From contig OZ316894.1 in NCBI GenBank assembly GCA_973895155.1, positions 23,372,709 to 23,436,708 on the forward strand: a DNA stretch of 64,000 bases. Direction: 5' to 3'. Made by a program: the position numbers and the translations under genes. Below the pieces are notes generated by a model that had not been told where the DNA came from, did not search any database, and worked only from the letters and a program-made list of their open reading frames with translations. This document shows, one piece after another, positions 25,259 to 39,400 of the stretch (the first letter of the stretch is position 1; every line of letters starts with the position of its first letter). Source of the DNA: Marsupella aquatica. Lineage: Eukaryota > Plantae > Marchantiophyta.

Positions 25259-28200
25259 AGAACAGGTAACTGTTGATGAGGGAGTGACCACTGCAGCCAG
25301 ACTTGGTTATTCTGGCCTTGATGGGTTTTCTTCACCCTTGGGCATGTACCTCCATAGATAACTACTAAGAGACCATGCCTTGGTAATATGCCTCATTGTG
25401 TTGATTCTCGATATCACCACGTATTTTAGGTGCTGTACTCTCAGCCTGTCCCTGTCTTCTAGCAACAATTGGGCGCTACTCATCTGAAAGCTGTTGTGAA
25501 TTAAAAATGCCGCTTTGAGAGTCATACCAGATGAGGGATTTGGTGCATGCCATATGACAAGGGTGTGATATTACGACAATCTCGCAACATAGCTAACGTA
25601 GTTAATAGTGAGCAACAGTTCAAACCTGTTTTTGGTAGGTCAATTGGTAGGAGCCAGGGATTTACGAGTCTATTAGAAAGGCTAGAGATTTTGGCAGCGT
25701 TATTGGAACGGGAAGGGTCAGTCTCTCAAGGACGCTGGTATTTATTGGAGTTGAGCACTTGGATTTTTAACTCGTAAAACGAAATTTTATCCTGAGAATT
25801 AACTTGATATAAGGAGAATTCTCAGGGAAGGTAAGCCACTTGAAATCCATGGACTATTAGGGCCCGTCACAACACTACACCATGGATGACGACAAACTGT
25901 CATTTTGAAGGAACAGGTTCCTGAAGATATTCTGTAGAACGACACAAGTGTCATTGAAAAGATAAGTTACATACACAAGGAATTGACACATCACAATGAA
26001 CTGAATAAACACTTCCGGGTGCCCACAATTGTGCATTTTCAGTCGACATATTTGGAGTTTGTTTAGGTGAGACATCGTTCCCTTGAAGATTCTATCGCTG
26101 GAATCAAAAGTCTATTGCAGAACCGAGTCAAACAATGGGCCAGGACAGGATTGTATTTGTGAATAATTCTTAGTCGGGGCACCGGTTAACGGTATATTCT
26201 CATGGGTCTCCACTGTACTACTACTTTTGACAGGGATCTTGTGCCTGATGCAAGAGCCGAAGATGAATAAATTTTATTGCCACGTGGGCAGCTCAGGACT
26301 TTCACGTTCTGGCTTTTTACCTGTGACTTCGGAAGAGACTTGATTGAATGACAATGGGTTACCAAGAAGCACTGGAAAAGGTTGAAGTGCTTAGTGGCCT
26401 GCACGGTGTGGTGAATGTCGTGAAGAGGTCGGTGAGTACACGCAATAATCGCACGCCTGGTGATGCACAAGTTATGTTTACCAGTCAGTTCTCATTTGAG
26501 AAGATCGAAAGGCTAAGTCTGGGTTTTCAAGATTACGTTGAGATTATGCTCTTAACCCGAGTAACTTGAACCTTTTTCCTCCTCTTAATGTGTTTTCATA
26601 ACAGAGGTTCTCCGAAATTTTCAGGCTCATCTGAGCCGTGTTTCCGAAGATTGGAATGTTGGAGTACTTTTTCTGCTGCTCTTTACTGCAGAGAAGGATT
26701 AGATGAAATTTCTGGGAAGATCTGGAAATGATCTTCATGCAATTAGTGAGCTTGGGTTATCGTGAGGAAGTAATGCTATGCCTCACTGTGTACTCCTGGA
26801 GTGCTCTTTACTTGTTCACTTTTCATATTTTGTGTATGCTTCAGGTTCCATCTGCACTTTTCATGAGACTTTGCATTCACTGGTCTTTTGTTTCACGACA
26901 CTCGCTTTACTGTGGCGATATAGACATTCGAAATTTGACCAGGAACAACGCGGATGAACTCTTGATGCCCTTGGACGCGTGACAAACCTCCACATTTGGT
27001 TCTCACCGATTGTCAGATCCAGAAATTTCAAATAATTATTTTCAGGTTTTGAAAGACATCTGTTTTATACTGGTGGCATTGAAAAGCTCATCGTGTAGAG
27101 CAAGAATTTTCTAATTGGACGTTGTCTCCTCCAGAGTCGTGGTCTCTGAGCTGGACTAGCCTCAAATTAGCTTAAGCTTGAGGAAGAAGTAGCAAATCTG
27201 TTCCAGGTCTGCACATTTCCCATGGTCCCGTGAACTTCAACCAGAAAATATTTCCACTTTCAGTCTGAAAAGCATGGAACACCTCTCTGCACTGCAAACT
27301 CGAAGATCGATCTTACTTCCATCTGCTTCACGATTCATCGGTTTGTTCTCTCAGCTTGGCTTTCTCTGCACCAACTCGATTCTGAGGGTGCGATGCAAAG
27401 ATTCTGGCCTTCCAAATAAGCTACAGTAAGTAGACGATTGCTTCGATGCTGCCGTAGTTGGGAAAGAACTTTCTTTGCATGTTCTTCTGCAGCAATGACC
27501 ACGAAACTACTGACCCCAGTCACGGGCAAAGCTCACCCTCTTATTTGACGAAGCTGCTAAGGGTGGACGCTCCTTGAAACTTTCCTAGGAAAGGCCATCC
27601 CAATCTCTACAACAGACACCTACCTACCTAGTGATCCACCAACCAGCTTCAATACTCCACGGAATGGCGATGAAAGTAACGCATACTAACATATATTATT
27701 GTCCCATGTGCCCAACAGGATGAATGGATGAGACGGTTACGCGCAGGGTGGAGGAAACTTCCGATTTTAATTGTAATTCGAGAAAGAAGCTCTGTATCGA
27801 CCTTGGGTTGCAAGATTGAGTTCCTTTTTACATAGGGTCTTATTCGGGATATCGTGTCAGTTTGGTTAACGGGAAAACAACAGTCAAGTCTGCTCCTCTT
27901 ATAATTAACTACGGAGTGTACAGTTCCGCACATGCGACTGTTCATGACTTCGTCGTGTGAGAGCGTGGAAACCCAAAAGCTGTGGTACTGTCATGAATGC
28001 AGCTGGATCTAGAACCAGATCGATGGGGACGGCAATTTTCACGGCAATGTTTTGCCGGTGCAAAGCTCGAGCTCCTCGGGTCTCGGAAAGCATCAGAATT
28101 TGATGCAATGTGATGCCATCATGTCAAACTTGAACTGTTGGTGGACAGTAAGTAAGTTGAAGAAAGTACTTCTCTGCCACTGAAATCTGGCAAGCACTGT

Positions 28201-28770
28201 TTCACTACCGTCCTACGAAGCGCTACTTGCTCGGATCCCGGCACTCTCATCGCGACCCTTTCCTCAGTGCACCAAAGTAATCTAGCGCAAGGTGGAGTTA
28301 GAAATTTAGAAAGGAGACCTGCTCACTGGCACGATGGCCCCTGGTTCTGTGCAAGTTCTGTCCTGCCTCACTGGCAACAAGGTCCCCGGACATACGCAAG
28401 TTCAGGTCTATCTCCAAGTGAGCAGTTCGGCTCAAGCGTTCGAACGGTTAGCCCTTAGATTGTTTTGACTCATGGAAGCCGTTCCCAATTATGAAACTCC
28501 AATCCATCAGACTGAGATTGGATAACAAGAAAATGAAGTGAATTAAAGTAGTTTGCTATGCAATTAGTTTTCTCTCTGCAGGTGATAAACATTCCGTGTC
28601 AGTCTTTTAAGTAGTGTAAGGACCATACATTGGTAGACTGGACCCAGGATGTTATCATTGCGGAGCGTGAGTAGTAGTCGAAATGATTCTGAACTGGGTT
28701 TCCTTTATCGAATGACAGACTGCCGTAGTCCTGACCAGGCTTCGCACAGCTAAGAGCGCAATCACACAAA

Positions 28771-28880
28771 AACTCAGTGGGATTACAAATCAATCTCCGT
28801 TACATGGCTCAGTGGGATTACAAATTAATCTCGGTTACATCAGTCAGTGGGATTACAAATCAATCTCGGTTACATCTTCA
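28771..28880. repeat. Tandem repeat, ~36-bp unit (ctcagtgggattacaaatcaatctcggttacat) x3
   Basis: Three visible copies. Confidence 0.85.
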
Positions 28881-30807
28881 GTTCGCTGGAGAGTAATACA
28901 GCTATGTGGGAATTGGCCTCGATAATCGAATCTGTCTACGGTCCCTCGTGATTGCTATCTTTAACTCACAATTGTCGCCAGCTTTACTTTTTTGGCCAAT
29001 TTTCTCCCAAATTTGGCTAGCAACCCAGTACAAAGGAATTCTTCTTTGATTTTAAATCATCAAGAAGAGTTTTGCTGTGTGCGCGTTGATAAGGATTATT
29101 GGCCAATTACTTACGAAAGTGAAAGTTCTATTATCCAGATCTGACGGTAGTCCTTGAAACTAAGAGAATCTGACGGCTGTTGTTGCACTTGTCAGAATCT
29201 TCATACCAGACCAGAAAGTACCTCTTAAAAGGCTGGGCAGGAGTCGCCACCGTACCTCCTAAATCTACAAAAAGAAAGGCTGATCGTCACCGGCACTGTC
29301 AGCTGCTGTTAGCCTAGAAGTAGGCTTGAATGCTGAGGATAAATAACAGTAAACAGTACTTTCGATCATAAGCAAATTGCCCCCCGACATCGCTTGACGA
29401 AGTAGGCCATTGACAAACTCACTCCCTAAATCATAATGTCATCAAATGGAACCAATCAAGACGTCGACGAGATCCTCTGTTGACGACTGGATTGGATCCT
29501 GTTGGGGAGGGGTAGAGAGCTCATCCGTGACATGGCAATCCAGACATATGCCGTGAAAACCTTAACGTCGCTGTTTTTCCGGTTTATGGTTATCCTGGGA
29601 CATCTCCACTGTTCCCCAAGTAAAGTGAGTGGGTCCTCTGGAATTTGGCGAGTCATGTTGACGTTAGAAGCAACATCTCGTTAATTTAATTAAGAAAGAC
29701 AATGTGTACATTTTCGGGAGAGCGAGGAAGCTTGCAAGAAAGAGCACTCTAACCAAATTGTCGAGCTATCGAATGCGAAAACTTGGGGATGATCTATCGA
29801 GCGTTAAAAACATCGAAAGCGATACGCGGTAATGCAAAACAGTAGGCGGGCGGGAATCAAGGCTGTGCTCATACGTAACATAGGTGTCGTCCTTACCTCA
29901 TCATCGCAGTCCTTTAATAGATTCCTGCAGGTGACGAGAGTCGTGTTCCATCCTTGTTTGAAAATTGCTGTTGGAAAGGATGCAGCTGCGAAGTTTCTTC
30001 GTATTAAAACCTTGTAAGAAACCTGCAAGTAGACACTTCAGATACGGTGGTTCAATTTGGCTGCTGAGCAAATCAGTGCCTCCTTTGGATGCCAGTCGCA
30101 CTGTCGACTGGCGATCTCTGTGGAGTGTGGAACACGGACGGCAATAATGAATGGCAGAAACCAACCTGTGGGTATGAATGCCCCATCACTGCCTTGCGTG
30201 GTACTTTGAGGCCCCATGTCTTCGTACTCGTGTTCAAGTTGATATTGATAGCAAAAATATCCCTAAAGCTGTAAAGCATGATCCCTACCCGTGCGCACAA
30301 CCTCTCACATCGCCTATGATGGAAACTGACCCATAACAGTTTTGTCACACGGAATTCGTCATTTCCTCGAAGTTGGCCCTTCTTCGAAGATAATAATTCC
30401 AGCTCCTACTTCCGAGAAACTTCTTCAACGGTTGTGTGAGCTTTCTCTCGTGCAAACTGCATTTTACATTCTTCTACAACGACTGGACTGTTTTCTCGAA
30501 GAGACACTGTCACTGGCGGCGCAGCTTGCTCCATGTTCAAGTTTCCAAATTTTTCCAAAAGACACTAAGAGACCATTTGCCTGGTTGCTTCCGAGCTTTC
30601 GCACTGACTGCCGTTGGAAGCCACATTTTACATTCTTCTACTTTCGCAGTGCTCCCTGAAAAAGCTTGCATACGGCCATGCTTCACATTTCTGGTCTCCA
30701 AAGTTTTTCATGAGATTCTCACAGAGCTCCCAAAAGCTTGCAATCCGCTATGTCCTTCACAGACACGTTGGTTATCATCGCAACATTCCATTAGGGCAGG
30801 ACATAAA

Positions 30808-31100
30808 ATGTTGTTAGGGTCAGGACAAAAATCCCTATAGGCTACCTAATTATGTACCCTATAAGGGTGATACATAAAAATAAATAAAGAGATCATATGC
30901 TTACCAAATTATGTACCCATAAAGGTGATACATCCAGCAAACACAAAAAGTATTTTGACTGCCAAATTATGTACCCTATAAGGGTGATACATAAAAATAA
31001 ATAAAGGCTGTTAAGATCAGGACAAAAATCATGCTTACCAAATTATGTACCCATAAAGGTGATACATCCAACAAACACACAAAGTATTCTGACTTGCCCT
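30808..31100. repeat. Complex tandem repeat (ccaaattatgtaccc(t)ataa(a/g)ggtgatacat) x4
   Basis: Motif at ~30845, 30904, 30962 and 31038, with alternating flanks. Confidence 0.85.
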
Positions 31101-31225
31101 ACTGTGATAATCCCATCTACTATAGATCATTTCCACTTTGTACTAAAACTGGAGACTACAACTCGAGATCCGCGGCTCCTCAATCCCAGATATAAGCTGC
31201 ATTATGGACGAATTACAGTACCCCT

Positions 31226-31390
31226 TGGCATATACCTATAACAAATACCTAGCACATACCAAGCTGTATGTGGGTCCTGCTCAATCTATATCTCATTGAC
31301 AAAAAACACCTCTCGGCATATACCTATAACAAATACCTAGCACATACCAAAGTTGTATGTGGGTCCGGCTCAATATATATCACATTGAAA
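31226..31390. repeat. ~89-bp tandem duplication
   Basis: ggcatatacctataacaaatacctagcacataccaa-g-tgtatgtgggtcc-gctcaat occurs twice. Confidence 0.85.
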
Positions 31391-33279
31391 AAAAACACAA
31401 GGGGACAAACCGGATTACAATATCCAAAAGGCACGAGACCCAAAAAAAAAAAAGGCAACGAGGCCCAATAAAATAAACAAAGGGAAACCTAGGGACAAGT
31501 AAAGATCCAAATAAGGCCGAGAGTCCTCAGTTAAAGTGCATCAGTGTAACAAATAAAAGACAAAATAATCTGGGGAGGGAAAAATCCAGGGAATACCGAA
31601 AAGCCGAATGGACGACTAAAGTCCACCATTTAGAAAATAAAGACAAAATAAACTGAAACCCTGTGAGCAGAAAACTGAAAAGTCAAGGTAAGTCAAGGTT
31701 TAGCCCATAAATCAATAACCACCTGGGAGGAAAAATAAGTGTTGAATGGCTGGCCCCTTCACAGTCACTCCACTCCCCGCACTACACAGACCTTATTACA
31801 TCTTGCTGATTTTGTCTCCCACTCTACAGTAAATAGTTCCCTTCATTGTACTTTGTTTGGTACTTTCATTGCACTTAGTAAATTCTGGTCACCGAAAATT
31901 CACGATAAAGATGGGCAAGAACGGAAAAACAGAAAAACATGAGTAGACCAGGAGCCGACAAGCTTGAGTGTGACGAACATGGACAAAAGAACTAAAGCGC
32001 TACAACCCAAAAGCCTGATAAAGCTGTGGGGTGACATATGAGACCTACCCTATGTGAAAAAGTAAAACGTGTACAATTGATAAGACTACTAAACGCTGGC
32101 AGTTTGTTACTTTGTTGGGGGGCGGGGGTGTCGGTCCTATCTATTTGAGAACGAGCACTTTTTCATCATGATTCTAATAATACTGACAGGTGGAAAGAAA
32201 CAGAATTCTCATCAATTCTCCTGGTGCTGGCAAGTGGAAACAAAGAAAAAGACCATAAGCGTAAAACTATAAGTGACGGTGGGGGAGAGAGAGCCAAGGT
32301 ATAATAATGGAGCACTGCCTTACAGCATACAAACTTGTCTCCTTGTATTATACACAAACCTAGATATTTAGGAAAGATAAGAGCCTTATGCTCGTGCCTT
32401 GCACAGTGCAAGGAGGGCTGGCCCGGAGGGAGTTGGGCTGGGGCATTTATGGGGCTGGTCCATAGAGTGTCAGGCTGGGAAGTTTTGGGGCCAGCCCATA
32501 GGGAGTAAGGCCGGAGCATTTGTGGTGCAGCGGATAGCACATATGTGATAGGGGTGTACATTTCCTCCATCAATGGTTAGGGAAAACAGTCAATCGAATC
32601 CAATGGCTATGAATCTTTCCCGCCCATGAGCTTTTTTATATTGGGACAAAGGACTAAAAAGGCAGGATACCTTGTTATAGTTGTAGACTTAGAGTTAGAA
32701 TACAGGGTTGCCAAAAATAATTTAAGTAGAGTAAGTGAAACCTTAGTTTAATGAAATATAATTTGGTCATTTTTCCTATTTGGAATTATTATGAACCTTA
32801 GTTTTCTGCGTTACTTAGAGATTACGTAAAATAAATTGCACTGAAATAGGCTAGACAGGAAATTTAGAGGTGCTACAGTTAACACTTGGGGACTGATCAG
32901 TTGAACTGGTCCAGGCAGACAGGAAACTTTGGTCATAAAGTTTTGGGTACTCCCAGGGAGGATTTGATATTGGGGTATAGGGGACACTTCATGCAGGGGT
33001 CTCGGCAGGGGTGGGATGAGCATTTTGGGTTGAGATTTTCTAAGATTGGTTGTCTGGCTCAATCTTGGGGGGGCGGGGGGGGCAGACATCAGGTGGTTGA
33101 TTACAGGTTTTTGTAGGGCCTCTCATCAAGCGATCCAATCAAAGGTTTCTAAGATTTCATGATTATAATTTTTATGGATGTTGTGAAGTGGCCCAATGTC
33201 CTTTATATTCAATTCTTGACATGATCAGTTTTCTAGACAAACTTTTAAATCTCTGGACATGCTTGACAGGTGGCTAAGC

Positions 33280-33452
33280 ATTCTTGTAGGGAGATTTTCA
33301 ATGGCGTGTTCTTGAAGCAAAGCTACTTATTAAAGGCATGTATGTTCAGCTTCACCCACTACCTAAGTTATTGTAGGGTGATTTTCAATGGGGCGGTCTT
33401 GAAGCAAAGCTACTCATTAAATGCATGTACATTCATCTTCACCAACCACTGA
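33280..33452. repeat. ~87-bp tandem duplication
   Basis: ttgtaggg-gattttcaatgg...cttgaagcaaagctact-attaaa-gcatgta occurs twice. Confidence 0.85.
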
Positions 33453-36400
33453 GGTACGGTTTGCCTCATTTGTTAGTTATGGCCCCCATGGGAAGCTCCT
33501 TCCCAAATCCCTGGAAGCATGTGTAACCACATCAGTATTATTGGTCACAAACAAGAACTTTTAGTTATGTAAGAAGTACCAAACACTACTATTTCATGTT
33601 TGAGGCAAGGCGAAGAAAAATAGTTAGACCCCGTAACTATAAAAACAATGGAAAACATGTTGAATAAACAAAGAAGGGGGTAAAAGAGGATTAATAAAAG
33701 AGGGGGAAAGTATAAAGTCTGATAGAGTGATATGTTGGTCAACTGAAACCTGATAGCATTGGTCGTCCAGCAGTTACAAGTCCTTTTTCATCACAACATG
33801 TAAGGTTATAATGATGTCGGGACAAATGCAGATGTTCATGCCATGGAGGTTTTGTCAGTGCCTCCGGACATTACTCTCCTATATGGACCTTAAATAAATG
33901 TTTTTGTAAGTGATGAATAGTGTTTTTTGTTGAAATGACGACTGTGCGCCCAATATGTTCCAATGACCATTGTGGCGAAGACCAACATGGCACCTAGAAA
34001 ACCAACCCAAAAGAGCCAAACCACGCGTCAACCAAGCAGTGCAGTGCTAGGAACCCCCAAAATGACCACCAATTAACAACCTCTGGACGGAATTGGATCT
34101 GTGTCAATCACGTAAACACGAACAGAACTAATATTGTAAATGGGGTGAACAATCTCATCCACCTTGATCAAGGGAGTACTAGCTCTAGTGAGTTTAGGAT
34201 GCTAGTACATCTTTGCATTACTGACCATATAGTGATCCCTATCCATAGCATTGTGTGTATTGCACTTCTGGGTCCTACCTTGTTGCCAACAGCCATGCAA
34301 TGCACCACATCCACTTTGTCTAATCTCCTCTTTATGTTGGAGATGACACCAAGCCTATCTAGCTCTGGACTCCGCCATTAGTAATGCTACCATTGTTGCG
34401 GGCATTGTTGAGACTATTTATGAGAAATTGTGTAGCATATATGGTAGTCGTAACCTGTGTGGCAATCATCAATAGCCAAAAGTTAGTTAATTTAGTTTTG
34501 AGCTGGTGTGATCTGATGGCATACTTTAAGCCATAAGCCAACAAGTTTTCTAAGTGTAGAGTATCTTTCTGACTCCCAGCCAAAACATGTATGTGTTCGC
34601 AACAGATGCAAAAAGAAAAACATTTTTCCAGAGCATTTTGCCTCAATAATGGTTTCAAGCTGTCGTCACTTCACTACCCTGGGCGCCAACTGATATTTAA
34701 TTAATTATTTGCATAACCTAGTTACTACCACAGTACCTTAGCACAATATCCTGCTTAGAGAAACAAGAAACATTGTTGACTCCAATGCACCTACAAAGAA
34801 AAATTGCAGTAGAGCCATGAATTATACATGCAAGCACTTATGGGACATCAGGATTTCTAACAATGCACTTATGGGCTAAATAGGGCATGTCAAAGTCCTC
34901 TGGTAAGAAAGTGTTATGGGCTAAAACTTTTTGGACATAAGATTCTTATGGGGTTTGTATTTGGGTAGCCCTCACCTCCTGGCCTTGACTGTATCTCATT
35001 TATGGTGTTGTTTTGACACACCCTGGTAGGGTTCATGAACCCCAAATAAAAGCAATTGAGATGACTATTGAGAATGAGCTGACACATTGCCGAATGACAA
35101 CCCTGATGAACTCCAAATGTTAAATCATCACACCAAGTAAAACACTATCATTCGATGCCGCCCTTTGAGGAAAAACACCCCTGCCACTCACAAAACCTCA
35201 AATTGATCATGCCTGCCACACACAGATCAAAGCATGCCCACAGCACAAATCCCCTCCACTCTCAAACACTCACAAAAACCCTAGAAAAGTGGCAATCCAC
35301 AACAGTCTGGATAGGTCATGGGTTCATCAAGAAACACTTTGCATTTTAGGGTTCCATCAAGTAATTCTCTCAATCACAGCAGCTCGAAGATACATTCTGT
35401 TAATTTTCTGGGGCGAACTAGCACCTGACTTTGTCATTGGTTGGCAGAGACCTTTCTTGAGAGTTTCCAGGCAAATGCTCCGACGGCAATTTCCAGGGTT
35501 TAGGGTTTAGCATTAAAGTCCTTCTCAATTCCCAGAAGGCATCATTCTGCCTCAACTTTCTCGCCCAAGTACTAAACAGAGAGCACTCAACGCCCAATGC
35601 TTCAGGAACTCAAGTGCATCTACTGTACATCTCAGTACAGTGACTCAGTTGGAGTACAAACCGCCGAGGACTCGATGTTGTCAATAATCTACTTCTTCAT
35701 CTAGGATTCTAAGCTGTTGATTCGTGGCTGCGCATCGTTTCTTATAACTAGTGATTTCTAATTGGTCGTCTTGGCCTGAGCTGGCTGGCAGACTTGAAAA
35801 CTGGAGATGGATAATTCTGCCCAACTTTCTAAGTGGATTGTTTCAAATTGACAAATTGCTCTTTCTTCGTCACCGGGCCCAACTCCTTGAAATTGCAACC
35901 GAAAGTTAAAGCAAAAGAATTTCAGGTCGGCAGAAAGCTGACCTAACGTACCTATGATGCAACCATTCGAGTGAGAGGGACGGTGGATTAGAATGTATCT
36001 CCATCGCCAGTCAGACATCTGTGCTTGGTGGGACGCTGCCTTCTGGTGGGTGTAAACAGGGACCCCATAACCTGCAAAAAAGTTGAAGAGCTATCCGAAA
36101 AAGGTTTGAGCACCTGATCTATGCTTACTAGATGTGAGTTTGCAAAAAGACGGGCACCCATATTATGATTATTAGGTGTTTGCAATAATTCATACTCTAC
36201 GTACTGTACGTCTAAATCCAAACTAAGCAATGTCGATTTCTGGCTTCTACGCAACGCACATTATGTTCCTGCACACAATTAACGGTTGACTTAAACTTTG
36301 CATTGAGAATTCGAACTCAAAACATTCGGACTCCATTTCCAGTGGTGTTCGATTGCAAGACAGTCGGCCACTCGATCGATTTTTGTTTCTAAAATTGGGA

Positions 36401-39400
36401 AGTCAAATATAACAGAGCCCACAAATGCTGAGCAGATACTGCAGGAAACGCAACAGAATTTCAATCATTTCCATGATCCAAAACCTGCACCACGTCTCCC
36501 ACGAATTTATCTACTGTAGTGAAGTCTGAAGGATCAGAAGTTTTGTTTCCCTCGTTTCAAGTTTTGAGACAGCTTAATTGGACTCTTACAGTAGTTGCTG
36601 TCTTAGCCCTCTGCTAATCTCAGGAGTTCATACTGTCTTCAAGGGCATGGTGGTGCTGCAAATGACAGCTTTCATGGATTTGGGAGCTGGATGTTTCTGA
36701 AGGGTGTTTAAATTTCTTGTTCCCGAATGGATCTGTGAAATTCAAGATATTTTGAGATCCACTAAATGTGGCTTACTATTTACAAGAAGTGCCGGCACTT
36801 GTGACTTTTTTAATCTTAAAGCAAATTGGAGGGTCACTTCTTTTTGGGGGTTTGCATTTGCCTCTTCCATAGTGTTGGGTGTTTGTTAAATTTGGATCTC
36901 ATTTGTTTTCCCTTCATTGTACTTTGTTTGGCCCTTTTTGTAAATAAGTAACACTTTCAACACTTGTTGAAAGTTAAACTCCAAGCCAAAAACCTTTTGC
37001 AATGAACTTCCATACAAAATCCTTTCTAATACAGGAGCCAAATTTTTGAAATGTTTGGACCACTGTTACCACGTAGTATCAATAGACACGATACCTTAAT
37101 GGGCCCTGAGGTCTTGTAAAGTCAACTATAGTCATTTCCATTAATTATAGGTATGGTCTAGACCCTAGATTCTGTCTAGTAAACTCAGCTAGAGCCATTT
37201 CACTCATTATAGTCTTTGAGCGAATAAAAAGGAGCAATGGGCCCCAGGGTTTGTAAGACCACCGAGCCTAATGGAGAGTACCCTTGACCAAGAATTTAAA
37301 AAGTGAATAAGGCTAGCAACTGTTGGTAGTGGATGTGAGTGGATGACGAGTCATAACGAACCTTAATAAACACTAAGGGGATTTTGGATTGGTTTTTAAT
37401 TAAGACCACCTCAAGAGCTCTTAGGGGAGTTTACAAGATCGAGATGACCTAATGTAGGCTCCCGCGGAGACATATGCTTCAGGGACCCCCTCTGTGCACA
37501 CAATGTCCCCCAATGTTTCATTTGTTACAGTGTGGACCATCATCCCAAGTGCTATACGTCGAGTTCTTGAGTGGTGCCTTACTATGAAGTTCATCATTTC
37601 AGCCTCACCAGATCTCACAAGGCAATATTGCGCTTCATATGCAGTGCCGAGCCTACCATGGGTTTCAGGTGGACTGAAACACTTGTGAAGGCATCATAAA
37701 TTATGTCTTCAGTTCATTTTGAATTTTAGGGCTCGGCAAGTTACAGGTACCAGGATTGAATTACTTCTGCACATTGGGACAAGTTATTTTATCATGGGTT
37801 TAGGCAGAGGCAAATGTGCCACCTAGTTCAGGAGCTTACTCAGGTTACTTTGTTTTCTTGAAATTTTTTAGATGTACTTTTGTTTGTTTATTTTAGACAA
37901 GGTATATCCTTTGTAATTTTGGATTTTGGAATTATTTTCAACCCCCTCTTAATTTTTTATTTGTTTCTTGTTTGAGAACCCCCTTTAGGTCTATATTTAT
38001 TTGTCAATCATGTCCATCCTTTGTTAGAATATGTTGTTTTATCTTTATATTCAAGTTATCTTAAATTGATTCTTCATACCCAAGATTCAAAGTCATCTCC
38101 ACCATGACACACCATATATCACAACACAAATCAAGGACGCCATTGAAAGTCACCTAGGATAGATAACCTCAAAATTACGTTAAGCTAGTGCTATTATGTA
38201 CAGCCAACTTTTCCCAAAACTATCCAACAGTAAATGGTAGAGCAATATAGAATGGCCCGTTTACAATGATTTACTTTTGGGGATTAACGTAACATGTAGG
38301 CAAAGCTCATATATCTATCCGTAAAATTCAAGTTGGATGGAACAATATACAAACCTCCGCATCTATCTTAGTCAAGTTTAGAGATATCTCTAACCTAAGG
38401 TAACTCAACACCCTACCCTGTTTAGTGTGGGACAAACTAGGGTAAGGTGGACAATTACTTACAGCAGTGGAAATTGCTCCAGAGAAAGAGTTGTCTACCA
38501 TCATGTACATATAATCTACACCATTAGATCTTCCTATAGTTAAGGAACTGTTGGACTGCACTCTAGCTGCAAGGTAATGAAGGCGGCACTATCAGTACCA
38601 CAATCTGATTGTGTAGGGTAGCCAACGGAAATCTCAAATAAAAATTGCAAAATCTAGTCAATAACGTAAGCCCTGGTGTAGTACCAAGGACGTTGTTGAC
38701 AAAGAGGTGGGTGATTTCAGCCAATAATATGACACGATTCTTTGGGATATGTGCTTGTGTTGCAAGCAATCTGCTCAGGGCTATAATTCACTGTTTTGTG
38801 CTTTTGAATTTGACACCGATTACTCATTATGGATCTGTGTTGCTTCCACTTTTTCAAAGTGACAGGGTGTTCATGCATGTCCTCGATGTGTATCTTCCTG
38901 GAAACAGCCTCTAGTGTACCAAAATCCCAAAGGTGATATGCGTAGCTGGTCATTTGACAAATAGGATTGTAAAATGCAATTGGCTGAGTGCTCTCCAAAC
39001 TCATTCGGTTGGTGCTCACTAATAATGCACACTAGCTTGATTACCAGTTACTGAAAGTAAATAGAGATGAGGAGGGAAAAAAACCTGTAGGAAAAAGAAT
39101 GCCAAGCTATTCATGTTCATCTTTGCCATTGCCCTTGTTTTTTGTGTCCACCCTCACTTCAGTTATCTTCTGAGTTAGAGTCATGGCCAAGAGGTTTCAC
39201 TCTAGACATTTAGGCCCGAGAGTAGCTTTTGATTGAAACTCTTGTTAGATGGTCCTGTTTGCTGTAATGAGATTTTTCTTAGTTACTTTTTGGACCCCTT
39301 ATTTTATAATGCTTTGACATCATATTTAGCATCCTTTCACCCCACCTAGAGCTACACACATCTAGCCCTGTCCCCCTTCTAACCATAGTGTGTGTTCTCC

